Assembly: GCA_964019425.1 (NCBI GenBank)
Contig: OZ025790.1
Span: 1,116,001 to 1,180,000, forward strand
DNA: 64,000 bases
Direction of reading: 5' to 3'
Source of the DNA: Flectonema sp. DT1601
Taxonomy: Eukaryota
The notes under the pieces were generated by a model, which ran no database searches, was not told the DNA's origin, and saw nothing but the letters and a program-made list of their open reading frames with translations. The translations under genes were made by a program, and so were the position numbers. Below are positions 51,301 to 61,761 of this stretch, in pieces. The stretch's first letter is position 1. Each line of letters starts with the position of its first letter.

Positions 51301-52414
51301 TCCCCACTGTATGGATTGGAAATACTCTTTGAGAAGTGAATTGCGTACCTTCGGAGTGTGGCAGACACCACTCTGTAGAGATGCATATTTTGACCTCTTA
51401 ATTCACACTAACTGTACGACAATTACAAAAGAACAATGTGATTATGATTTAGGACTGTCGTACGATTATCTACCAGAAAATAGTTTTGGTTGGATGCTCT
51501 GTCCTGAAACATGTAGACGATGTGAGAAGTGGTATAAAGGATACGCTTCAGGTGAGTTTATTCATCTTCTGAAATCAGTTCAGAACTCTTTACGAAGAGC
51601 ATCTGGGAAGGTTGCGTTGAGGGTTGTTCCGCATGCTGCTCTCTTTTTGCAACTGTGTGGGACTTTTATTTCGATTTTGTTTAGTGTTAGGTTGAGCTAT
51701 TGCTTTGTTGAGGATGGTAAGAAGAAGACTCAACGATGGAGAGTTGTAGCAAACAGAAATAATGATAACCTGAGACTTCGGGTAATAGGAATCACAATAT
51801 CATTAGTAGGACTGATTCTGATACTGACTGGACTATTTCTCACAGCAATCGAGTGGAGTGTTGGAGGAGTCTTTCAACAGCTGTACAGACGAGAAGAAGG
51901 AATCACTGCGACAGTCATAAAATTATCAACTGAATTACTAAGTCAAAGATCATCAGGAACTCTTCTCGGTGTCGTTGTATTCATTTGTAGCATTCTAATA
52001 CCAGTCTTTACAGAGATTCTTTGTGTTGTTGCTTTCATTCGACAGAGTGCAGTAGTGTCACTGTTAGTTAAATGTGTTCATCCTTTTGGAATGTTGGACT
52101 TGTTGGCCATCTCAATTCTCATAGCTGACGAGGATGTACCAAATCTAATTAATTATTATGTAGAGAATAATTTCAGAGTGTGTTTGCCTTCTATGTATAC
52201 TTCTCTTACTCACACAGATTTTATTAGTGTCACTACTACTGGTGGTGCTGCAGTTCCATTGTTATTCATTGGATCGTTAGCAATTCATGTTTCTGTTCTT
52301 ATGTTGGGTGTTGTTGTTCCGGCTCATATAGTTAGAGATCTCCCGAGTACTTCACAAACAGTGAAGTATGCCTGTCCAAGTCCTGGGGCTAGCATCTCAC
52401 GGAGACAGCATTAG
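48317..52414 (+). CDS. Membrane protein: PqiA-like TM modules flanking 11 six-cysteine ShK-like repeats
   Basis: 1365 aa; N- and C-terminal TM bundles (HPFGMLDLLAISI); 11 W-x-x-CPxxC motifs. Confidence 0.88.
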   Translation: MAHERASAVSRRISDYRSERELNLLSAMTGEELDCGDFIAGCASIVSIALFIAAAFTTAAKVTLETNSAISQFTSLPECGTILNGTVIDFSIDSLVSSFWDREMHFMVIWLVICCIILPLATCTLQCAVWFVPMTRPIRKYLLDVVSILTHYSAAQVVLLIVLIACFDMDVGPVDFPMNSIVENSVLKRSFSTLGSPDVVIDVSNTTTRAVTTLQSGCPRDPTGFIGSSAISCSLISQNCDTDLNIFVNSVPVGGKGWMYCPRDCRRCTDFEDAMSKGELDFIFMFSTEPPAALIQPSLPPVECVDDTKGVIHNMNSSCLQLQHLCFDSLGVLFSSHHFPSLSVVWMYCPATCYMCIDYTVAFSLGQLTFIFEFNYTSYNESGLPQLGFDVTTHPTTEPSELTSEPPSNSNQTCVDDASGMIVMSGMTCEMILSACDIDISTFTDIIPKGVLGWMFCPVTCMRCSDYLKAFEEGQLSIIGIHPPSDTDHAHYIPCFDDDNHLTVIGCDVIGVLCDVNLFWISKQAPEGLYGWMICPLTCHRCDDFREAHDDLKRLNIISAPPPNSITCEDDPTGEIQSLGYDCEIIKRSMCDINVHMYTDLVPKGSFGWMYCPLSCHRCEDYIQQGRDLPIFYQPIKSKPVTCADDLTESVSAVGTCDTVALLCDVDLSTLSSHFVNLTFGWMICPVTCDRCTDFIHSYEHGDLRHLGLIHPTVIDNQTRCVDNPSGIFPGFDCSQNVNNCYTDLSVSGDINATVGTYGWMICPASCRSCESFLFALDGGHLSHLALVFSPTCNDDASGFARILGMSCSDVGRSHCDVNFHAIDDVFPELVFGWMLCPASCNRCEDYINAYNNGLIPFSDDSLTITCKDASPHHMEWTCDSIINTETVENKTKTCNIDLHSYGTDTFGTYSWQYCPETCGRCDDYTDAIRRGDLRHINGEETTPCIDDVSSLLLQSCEELFKVIPCDGDIPIQNRGNLTPEGEIFLWQLCPATCHPHCMDWKYSLRSELRTFGVWQTPLCRDAYFDLLIHTNCTTITKEQCDYDLGLSYDYLPENSFGWMLCPETCRRCEKWYKGYASGEFIHLLKSVQNSLRRASGKVALRVVPHAALFLQLCGTFISILFSVRLSYCFVEDGKKKTQRWRVVANRNNDNLRLRVIGITISLVGLILILTGLFLTAIEWSVGGVFQQLYRREEGITATVIKLSTELLSQRSSGTLLGVVVFICSILIPVFTEILCVVAFIRQSAVVSLLVKCVHPFGMLDLLAISILIADEDVPNLINYYVENNFRVCLPSMYTSLTHTDFISVTTTGGAAVPLLFIGSLAIHVSVLMLGVVVPAHIVRDLPSTSQTVKYACPSPGASISRRQH

Positions 52415-52769
52415 TTTCAACTGCTTTGTTTTGTTGATGAATTATTTTATATGTTCGGTGCTACCCTTTTGTTATAGTTTCACTTATTCTCTCTGTTGTG
52501 GTGATGGTGAAGTTTGTTTCTCTCTTTTTTTTTTTTTTTTTCCTGTTAGCATCCATCACATTATTTTTTTATTAGTTTATTCATACTTAAGGTTTATCGC
52601 CGTGAGGAGGTACTTCTGTGTCTCTCACCTATTTACACTTTTTTTGCCCTTTTTTTTTTTTAAATCATTTTTTTTTTTAAAAAAAAAAGATTTTTTAAGT
52701 TGTTGAGGTTTCTTTTTTGGTTAACTCCCTGACAAACTCTTAACTTTCTCATATTCAGTACACCACAAT

Positions 52770-55661
52770 ATGTCCGCATATAAAGTTGGTGATGATTCAG
52801 AGGGGTCGCTACCTGCTATCGAGGATGATGTGACTTCCCCGAGTAAAATGGGAACACGAAGGGAATCCGTAATAGTGTGTGTGTTATTCTGTGTTAGTGT
52901 AGCGATATTTATAGGAGCTGATTCCACTGTTGCTGCTGAGATGAAAGCTACGTCCGGAGAAACTTTGTCGACATTGGCAGCTACTCAACCAGACTGTGAA
53001 ATTAGTAAATTAAACAGCACTCTGAGTCTTGACATGCAAGAGATATGTACCGTGTTATGGGACGAAGGAATGTACGCAGTCGTGATCTGGATAGTTGTCT
53101 GGGCTATTGTTTGGCCTTACCTAAAGTGTCTACTCCTACTGGCTACTTGGTACCTTCCCATGAAGCGTCGTGTTCGATCTACTTTACTTCGAGTTCTTGA
53201 GATTTTAGCACACTTCTCACTCGTAGAACTTTTATTAATCGGTGTGATCATGGCTGGCCTTCGTATTCATATTAACTCAGATATCGACCCTGTGATGCTT
53301 ATTCAAACATCTAATAGAGACATAACAATACTACAATCATGTATTGATGACTCCTCAAAGTTACTATCAAATATTGGACTCTCTTGTAGTATCATACAAA
53401 CAATGTGTGATACTGATATATCAAATCTTTCAGAGATGATTCCAATTGGTTCTGTTGGATGGATGTATTGTCCAGTTAGTTGTATGAGATGTGATGATTA
53501 TTTATTATCATCGACTACTGATGATCGTTCATTCAAAGCACTTCAATCACAGCAGTCGGTTGACTGCTCAGATGACCCTACAGGTTTAGTAGCAGAGCAG
53601 GGCTTTAACTGCGCGTTGGTTTCGGCATTCTGCGAAGTCGATATCTCAACAGTCTCTGATGCCGCACCAGAAGGAGGTCTTGGTTGGATGTTTTGTCCTG
53701 TCACATGTATGAGATGTGATGATTTCAAAGTGAGGGTTGCTGCTGGTGATTTACTTTTTATTGGAGTGACGTTGTCTCCAGCAGGTGGCGGTCAAACACC
53801 TACTCCCATAGCAACATTAAGTCCAGGTACCACGACTACTAATATAGAATGTATTGATGACGTTGTTGGTCTTGTTGCTGCTCAAGGATTAACTTGTCAG
53901 CTTTCAACAACATTTTGTAAAGTTGACATGTCGACGATAAGTTCAACAATTCCTGTTGGTGCATTCGGTTGGATGTTGTGTCCAGTAAGCTGCTCAGCTT
54001 GTGAAAAATACAAAACTGCATACGCTTCGGGTTCGCTTTCATTTATCGGAACTCCGATGCCTTTGACAGCTACTCCAACATCTGGTCCTGCAGTACAAGG
54101 TTTTAGGTGTGTCGATGACATCACAGGATTTATATCAAATAGTAACACTAGTTGTCCTTTATTAACTTCCTTTTGTAATGTTAATATGTCAACTCTGATG
54201 AGTTCCGCACCGAATGGAGCTCTTGGTTGGATGTATTGCCCCGTTTCATGTAAAAGATGTAGTGATTTCATAAAGGCTAATACCGATGGTAGTTTAGCTG
54301 TGATATGGACGACTGTTCCTCCAAAAGTTTTAACTTCAATCCCTGTTGTGAGTACTAATCCACCGACAACAGGTTCTGTTAATTCAGGAATGTGTGTTGA
54401 TGATATTTTAAGACTCGCTACGTCATCTGGTGGTTGTTCGATAGTCTCAACAATGTGTGACACAGATCTCGGAAGTATATCACCTGCTCCATTAGGTCTC
54501 TTTGGATGGATGCTTTGTCCTGTTAGTTGTAAGAAGTGCTCTGAGTATGTTACTGGTCTTTCGAATGGTGATTTTGAATTCTTTGGTTTAAAAGCGAATA
54601 CATCAACCGATTCGAACACTACCAGATATCCACCTCACTGTGTTGATGATGAACGACAACACTTATTATCTGAAGGAGGTTGTAATAATATTGTGAATAG
54701 TTGTGATCAAACTTTCACTAAGAATTCATCTGCTGTGAAGGGTTGGATGCTTTGTCCTGTAACCTGCAACAGATGCAGCTCATTTCAAGATATAAACAAC
54801 GCTGCTATTTTAAGAACAATTGGGATCGTCTGGACAGATATCGCCCCCATCACAACACCCAACACAGTTCGTATTTTCTTTGAACTGTTTCTGATGCCAG
54901 AGACAGCTGAATACTTATTCTTTATAGGTACAATGATAGCTGTCTTTTGGGGTTTGTGGATGAATCAAAAATGGGAATATCACATTGCGAAGACATCAGC
55001 AAGTACACCGATTGAAAATATAAACAAAATATCAATATTGATAGCCGTGGGTACAGTTGTTGGTTTTTCATTGTTAATAGTCGGATTGGTGTTACCCGCA
55101 TTTAAGTGGGATTTGGGAGGGTCTCTCGACTCAGTAACAGATTCGAATTTTGATACAAAATATTCCGTACTGCAGTTGGGATCAGAGTTAATTAAATTGA
55201 GAGACAGTCGAACCTTTGTTGGGTTAGTTATTATGTTGTTTTGCGTCACCCTTCCACTTGTCGTTCCTGTTTTGATCATAGCCACGCTCATATTGCCTGG
55301 GACACTATCTCAAGCTGCTTGCTCTGCTATGAAATGTGTTCATCCATTCGCAATGGTCGACGTTCTCGCTCTTTCAATCATAGTCGTTGACGCTGAGATT
55401 GACAAAATATTAAAATCGAGTGTCGCCAAGAGGTACGTCAGTTGTATACCTCCTTCCTTCAACACATCTCCTCTTGGATTCATTCACTTATCGAGTTCTA
55501 CAGAGATAGGAACATACTTAATTGTGCCTGGTATATTCTTAATTCATACTGCGGTTATTGCTACGGCTGTTTTCTTTCCTTCCCACAAGATCAGAGGTAC
55601 GGGAAAAGTGTCACCAACACCTCAAAATATTGATGTTCAGGTGACAAACACGCCGTCTTAA
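52770..55661 (+). CDS. Tandem paralog with 6 six-cysteine ShK-like repeats
   Basis: 963 aa; same TM ends (HPFAMVDVLALSI); 6 GWMxCPVxC motifs separated by P/T-rich linkers. Confidence 0.88.
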   Translation: MSAYKVGDDSEGSLPAIEDDVTSPSKMGTRRESVIVCVLFCVSVAIFIGADSTVAAEMKATSGETLSTLAATQPDCEISKLNSTLSLDMQEICTVLWDEGMYAVVIWIVVWAIVWPYLKCLLLLATWYLPMKRRVRSTLLRVLEILAHFSLVELLLIGVIMAGLRIHINSDIDPVMLIQTSNRDITILQSCIDDSSKLLSNIGLSCSIIQTMCDTDISNLSEMIPIGSVGWMYCPVSCMRCDDYLLSSTTDDRSFKALQSQQSVDCSDDPTGLVAEQGFNCALVSAFCEVDISTVSDAAPEGGLGWMFCPVTCMRCDDFKVRVAAGDLLFIGVTLSPAGGGQTPTPIATLSPGTTTTNIECIDDVVGLVAAQGLTCQLSTTFCKVDMSTISSTIPVGAFGWMLCPVSCSACEKYKTAYASGSLSFIGTPMPLTATPTSGPAVQGFRCVDDITGFISNSNTSCPLLTSFCNVNMSTLMSSAPNGALGWMYCPVSCKRCSDFIKANTDGSLAVIWTTVPPKVLTSIPVVSTNPPTTGSVNSGMCVDDILRLATSSGGCSIVSTMCDTDLGSISPAPLGLFGWMLCPVSCKKCSEYVTGLSNGDFEFFGLKANTSTDSNTTRYPPHCVDDERQHLLSEGGCNNIVNSCDQTFTKNSSAVKGWMLCPVTCNRCSSFQDINNAAILRTIGIVWTDIAPITTPNTVRIFFELFLMPETAEYLFFIGTMIAVFWGLWMNQKWEYHIAKTSASTPIENINKISILIAVGTVVGFSLLIVGLVLPAFKWDLGGSLDSVTDSNFDTKYSVLQLGSELIKLRDSRTFVGLVIMLFCVTLPLVVPVLIIATLILPGTLSQAACSAMKCVHPFAMVDVLALSIIVVDAEIDKILKSSVAKRYVSCIPPSFNTSPLGFIHLSSSTEIGTYLIVPGIFLIHTAVIATAVFFPSHKIRGTGKVSPTPQNIDVQVTNTPS

Positions 55662-57883
55662 AACTTTTAAAAAAACCGTATTTAAAAAAAAAAAAAGAGT
55701 GAAAGCATATTTCAGTTCTGTATAGCAAGGGGAAAATAATACCAACCTGACATAAAGAAACTTTGCACGTCTTTTGTTAGACATTAGTAATGAGTTCTTC
55801 CAATTATCAAATGGCATCACCCTCCTCGACTGTTTCTGACATTATTCCCAACAAGGATTGTCTTAGTCTGGAAAATGACAAGCAAAAAAAAAAAAAAACA
55901 TCGTTGGTTGTGAACAGTCCTGAGCTCACAGGGAAAAAAATAGATACCATTTTTGATCATAATAAATAAAAAACGGCTCTTAATCTGAATAGTTTCTTTC
56001 TCCGACTTAGTCGGTGTAAAAAAAAAAAAAGAAAAAAATGTTTTCGTCGATATGTTTTGTTCTTCCTGGGTTGATTTTCCTCCTCCCATTTCTTTTTTAG
56101 TTTATTTTTCGATCATTCTGCGTACTTAGTTTGAACTAAGAAATATAAAAACAAGATTACTACCCATAATCGATTATGTGATATTGCTTAGTAGTTGCGA
56201 GAAGTTATTTTGGGTGGTTCGTTTTTAAGTATTCTCCCCCCCCTGGCCCGCCCTTGCTCTAAAGACCCGCAGTATTCTTCCCAGGCCCTAATGTAAAGTA
56301 CTTACGTCAATCGCAGAGTGTATACCTACACTAACATTACCTTTAGTCAACTGTATCTCAGAACTAATGTTAAATTATCGTTATGTTGTCTATGATACAA
56401 AACATTTGTATTTTACGTACAAACTCCAACAGTTAACCCTCCTTGCCCGCCCTTGCTCTAAAGACCTGCAGTATTTTTCTCCGATAAATCTTTTTCGTAT
56501 TGTCGGTCCTTGCTTTTGTCAACTGCATTATAACTAATTGGCTTAGTTATCTCCGATACGATTCAGATATTTAAAACTTTTCTTTAAATATACTCAAAAC
56601 AAATTTAAAAAAAAAAAAAAAAAAAAAAAAGAATTACTTATCTATTGACACAGGTAACTAATTAGGGTGAAAATCTCCTATACTCTGCCGTATTACATTA
56701 TATACTCTGTACTTGCACTGAATGGCAAAACGGAAAAAGGGATGCGTGTATGCAGCTAAGTTAGAAATATTTATTATAATGTAAAGTCATCTGCGTCATG
56801 TGACAGAGTGTTTACCAATACTAACATTACCTTTAGTCAACGTGTGTATCATAACTGATGTTTATTTTAGTTATCTCTGATACGACCCCAGGTAATCAAT
56901 TCTTTTTCAACTATTCCCAGCCCTTTTTTTTTATTCGTTCCCTCCCCTTTTTTCTATTATTTTGTCCCTCTCCTAATTTTTCGGGTGAAGGGAAGAAAAA
57001 AAAACAGCCCCCAGAGACCATACATTTTGTTATTTTGTTATTTTTGTCTGTTGACTTTGTTTTGTCCAATGTGATTAGATTTTTTTGATCAACGTGGGGG
57101 GAAGCTTTTTTTTTGTCTCCTTTCGTTTAAGTGTCTGGCGTCTGGTAATTGTCTTCTTTTCTTGTTTAGGTTTCCCTTTTTGTTTTTGTTTTAAGTTGTC
57201 GTCAGTCGGCATCTGTTCTCTTGTCACACTCGAAATGACTCATAAGACAACATGTTGTCCATTCGCAGGTATTATTTATTGTTACTCGTAAAGCCGACTC
57301 TTTCCATCCCGTCCTCGACAAACGCTTGTTAGAGAGAATTCCGTTTTTTTTTTTTTTTTTTTAAAGCTTTTAAAGTTTTACCTGATTTCTTGCTTCAGCG
57401 AACACCAACAATACTGTTTTAGTAGATTTCTTAGTGAGGCTGATATTTTTCATTTTTTAATAATCTCATGAATGACAACTGTATTGTCAGACATTTGTCT
57501 CTTCGCTGGCTTTTTTTTTTAAATTGCTTTGCAACTTTAAATTAAAGTCTTTTTTTTTTTTTTTTTTTTTGACACGAACCTCCAAAATGTTATTATTCTT
57601 CCCCTTTCTTCTATTGGATGTGATAAAAAAAAACTATTTCAGATTAGCCGTATATTTCGTTGAACGCAGTCAAAATCCTGTCGCACGGGGAAAATAAATC
57701 ATGACCATGAGAAATATCGGCTTTCAATCTGAATAGTTTCTTCTTCGACCACGTCGGTATAAAAAAAATTAAATAAGAAGATTAGCACTCTGTTTTCAAT
57801 CAAACAGAATGGAGTAGAATGAACGTATCGCGCTACCGATCTATGCGTTACGCTGCATACATTTTTTCCTTAAATTTTTTTAA

Positions 57884-58074
57884 GAGATTTTCGCTATTCA
57901 CTAAAAGCAGCTAACTTTTTTTTTCGCTGTTCACTAGAAATGATAATTTTTTTTTTCTTTCTTACTGAATAGAGAAAAAAAAATATCACTTTCAGTGAAT
58001 AGCGAAAAAAAAAAAAAATTCTTTTACTGAATAGCGAAAATGGAATTATTGGACCCCCCAATAGCGAAAATCTC
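57884..58074. mobile_element. 191-bp Mutator-like MITE, 9-bp TSD TTTTTTTAA
   Basis: gagattttcgctatt...aatagcgaaaatctc, identical 9-mer on both flanks, internal copies of the TIR motif. Confidence 0.8.
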
Positions 58075-58576
58075 TTTTTTTAATTTTTAATTTTAATTTT
58101 CTTTTTTTTTAAATTGCACAACTTATCTGTTTCGTTACTAAGATTTCATATCAGTTGCGCACAAATGATACAAAAAAAAATGTTGAGTAAATAAAGTTAA
58201 AAAGTAAAGTTGGCCGATTCTTTTGTTTTGTTTTCTTTTTTTTCTCTTTCTCCCTTCAGGATAAGGACGACGATTATTCATTTTTAAACATCCTGTCCAA
58301 AAATGTAAAAAGAGAGAGACAAAAAAAAACCATTCAGATAAAGCCTTATGTTTCGGTGCACGCAGACAGAATCCTGTCGCACGGGGAGAAGGTAAACCAT
58401 GACCATAAGAAATAACGGTTTTCAATCTGAATAGTTTCTTTCTCCGACTACGTCGATCCAAAAAAATAAAAATAAAAATAAGGAAACCAACCACATCATA
58501 CAGCCACCAACGTCTTGATGCTTTCAACTCTCGGGTGCGTACTTTCGGGTACTCCCTGTTGGTTAGAGTAACAAGA

Positions 58577-58597
58577 AACCTGGTTGATCCTGCCAGT
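58577..58597 (+). pseudogene. Isolated 5' terminus of 18S rRNA (21 nt)
   Basis: aacctggttgatcctgccagt is the conserved SSU 5' end; similarity stops immediately after. Confidence 0.75.
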
Positions 58598-59718
58598 CAC
58601 TTGAGTATTAGTTCGGTAGTCTTTCGGTTCAGGAAAAAATAAAAAAAAAACAAAAAATGGGAAAGAAAAATCTGTTTTTTTTTTTTTTTTTTTGTTGCTT
58701 TCTTTCTCTTTCAGTTACTCGTTCCATGCGACTGCTGTTTGTTTGTCTTTTCAATCAGGTCCAATATTCATTTTGTGTTGTAAGTCTGTGTACAACTACT
58801 GTTATAAGTGTAACAAAAAAAAAAACCATTTTAGTTTCTTCAATGATGTATCCATACGTTATATTGTCGTTGACATAGTTGGAAAAAAAATCTTATGCTT
58901 TTTGGCGGAAGATTTTCTCAGTTTGTGAATATATTGCCTGCTTTTCAATTAATGAAAAAAAAAAAAAAAAGAAATTCACATACGGATCTTATATATGGCT
59001 TATTATTGTAGTCTTCCCCCCTGACAGTCACTGTATCTGGAATGGTTATGATGTTTTATGATACAATGCATTTGTATTTTAGGTACAAAATCGAACAGTT
59101 AACCCCTCGGCTGTTTTGTTTTTCTTTAAGCGTCTACTTAACGGGTACTCGGTGGCTTTGAGTTGATTATTTTATTTGTGATAACCCTCCTCCTACTAAG
59201 TTACGCATCACACTTAGTCAACTGTATCTAAAAAACTAATGTTAAATTATCGTTATGTTGTTTTTATGATGCAATACATTTGTATTTTAGGTACAAAATC
59301 GAACAGTTAACCCCTCGGCTGTTTTGTTTTTCTTTAAGCGTCTACCTAACGGGTACTCAGTGGCTTTGAGTTGATTATTTTATTTGTGATAACCCTCCTC
59401 CTACTAAGTTACGCATCACACTTAGTCAACTGTATATTTTAGGTACAAAAATCGAACAGTTAATTTAAAAAAACAGAATTTTTTTATTATTTATTTTTTA
59501 ATGTCTTTACGATTTCTTATTGACTGAACAGTTCCCCTTGATAGATAAAAGATACCCAACTAGTACTCGGTGGCTTTGATTGATTTGTTTTATTTTATTT
59601 ATTTTTTTTTGTGATGACCCCTCCTCCTCCCGAGCTGTTAATAATGCGGTATCGAAATAATTACCTCCCACTCTAAGATTCGTCAAAGTTGACTGTATCT
59701 TGCAACACGCTGTTTCCG

Positions 59719-59750
<32 letters not shown>

Positions 59751-60491
59751 TGTCACGCTCTTTCCGCTTATTCTCAGTGTGTGTGATTTTTATTGTATCA
59801 TTGAAAAGGAATTACAAAAAGGAGGGGAAACAAAAAAAAAAAAAACACACACTTTTTTTTTTTTTTTTTTTTTTTTTTAGGTCAGTTATTTTTTTTAATG
59901 TTAGTTTTTTAATACCTCTCTGTGAGATTTATATTTGAGTAGATTGGTATGTTTGTTTGTTGTTTCTTATCTCTTCTTAACTGTTGACACTTTTCTTTTT
60001 TTTTTGCGAAGTAAAGTTGTTAATTACAGAGGAAAAAAAAAAAAAAAACCTGATCAGTACAAAAAGTTTCCAAAAATCGATAAAAACTGTTACGTGATAA
60101 GTAAAAAGTGTGCATTTAAGGAGGGGAAACTTTTTTGTGCTGAGGTTAGGTTATTTTTTTTTTTTATTTGTATTTGTCGGTTTTCTTTTTGTTCTGTTCA
60201 TTGCATATGTTTTTTTCTTACCTCTTTGTTGAGGGGCAAAAAAACAAAGTCTGCAAAAGAGGGGGAAAAAAAAAAAAAAAAAGAGAACGAAGAAAAATAA
60301 TACCGTACGTATCAGTGACACAATAAGTGTCTCTTTACGGTAGTTTGGCTTTTGATGAATCTCGGTTCGGTCGTTGTTTTTTTTTTTTTGAGTTATTAAA
60401 TTTAATCTCATTTTTATCCATAGATACACAAACAGTATTAACTCGTTTTTTTAGAAAAAAAATAATAATAATCAACTACTTTATGGAATAA

Positions 60492-60698
60492 ATGAACGTG
60501 TTAAACATCCCTGCGATACCAAACTACGTGTTACACGTTTTGATGTTCGCGGCAGCAGTTGGATTCCTATTCTCAGAAAGTAATGATGTTCGACTTATGT
60601 GTCACATTGTCACGGCAATAAGCTCAATGCTCGTATCTCAACGAGCGTATCAGAGAATAAAGGAAACAGGTCCTAAAGGAAATGCAAGTTTCAGATGA
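60492..60698 (+). CDS. Possible small two-TM protein
   Basis: 68-aa ATG ORF, GC higher than flanks, two hydrophobic segments. Confidence 0.45.
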   Translation: MNVLNIPAIPNYVLHVLMFAAAVGFLFSESNDVRLMCHIVTAISSMLVSQRAYQRIKETGPKGNASFR

Positions 60699-60992
60699 AA
60701 TAATGATTCTTACGACCCCATCGTTGAATTCAATAGCTATTAATTAAGACATTGTGTTATATTAGTAGTATCAGTCACTGTATTTTATATATAAATTAGG
60801 GAATCATTCTTCCCCCCCATCACCAGGTAAACATTTTAGTCACTTGTGTCATGAGTTTTTTAATTTTATTATTGAGTTCTGATACAATACAAGAGATTTA
60901 TATTCGTATGAAACTAATCAAACAGTCTTCCTCTCCATCACCAGGTTAAAAAGACACATTAAAATAATAATAAGAAACTAATAAAGGAAATA

Positions 60993-61419
60993 ATGGTTCA
61001 AGGGGGTTCTAAATTAAATAAAAATAAACACAAAAACGGAACAACAACTAATGTAAGGTCTACAAAGGTTATGAAACGTGGGCAGAGAGCTGGTGAGAAA
61101 ACTTCAAAATTCTCAAAGGCGAGGAAATTAGTGAGAGGAGTCTACACTTCTGGTTTGGAAAACCAACTTGTAAACAAAATGAATCCATCTCAAAGAGAAA
61201 AATTAAAATTCGTAAACACCACACCCAAGGCTAAACCATTGACTAAGGAGGAACGTAAAGCCAAGGCTCGGGCCAGCAGACGACTTAAGAAAAAGGTTTG
61301 TTTCTTACCTTCATACTTCCTTAACCTAAACCTCAATTATAATAAACAAATATCAGGGTGCTGCTGCTGCTGTTGTTGCCGATATTGAAGCTGCGCAACA
61401 CGCTACATCGTTGGCATAG
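60993..61419 (+). CDS. UPF0390/DUF2462-like basic protein, two exons (60993-61295, 61357-61419)
   Basis: MVQG start, K-rich, KRG.R...KL..LE pattern; 61-nt gtttgt..tatcag intron in phase 0. Confidence 0.65.
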
Positions 61420-61761
61420 CTGTAACGACCTTAATGAGGATTTGTTCTTTTTTTAGGTTTATTACGCGTTGTTAGAGCTATTCAACCTCATTCTGTAATG
61501 TAACCAGTATTGGTGAGAGGGATGGATAAATAACTACTTTTACAAAAAATCATAACTACATTGTTATCGATTGCTGTTTTATTTAATCTGGTCCGCAAAA
61601 CCTTGCCTCGTGTTCCAGGGTTGTTGTTGTATATTCAGCTTAAATCATGTTACGTTAAAAAATCAACTTTGGGAATTATTGTGTGTAAACAAATAACATT
61701 TCACACGGGCAGTCGTCAATATATTTTATTTTCACAATCGTTAGGGGAAGCTTTAACCACA

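Larger units (their letters stand above)
55880..59620. repeat. Non-coding region with two interleaved dispersed repeat families
   Basis: aatctgaatagtttc..cgac at ~55982, ~57727, ~58423. ttagtcaactgtat and/or gtacaaa..aacagttaa motifs at ~56340, ~56830, ~59080, ~59215, ~59420; ~208-bp tandem pair at 59070-59460. Confidence 0.8.
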
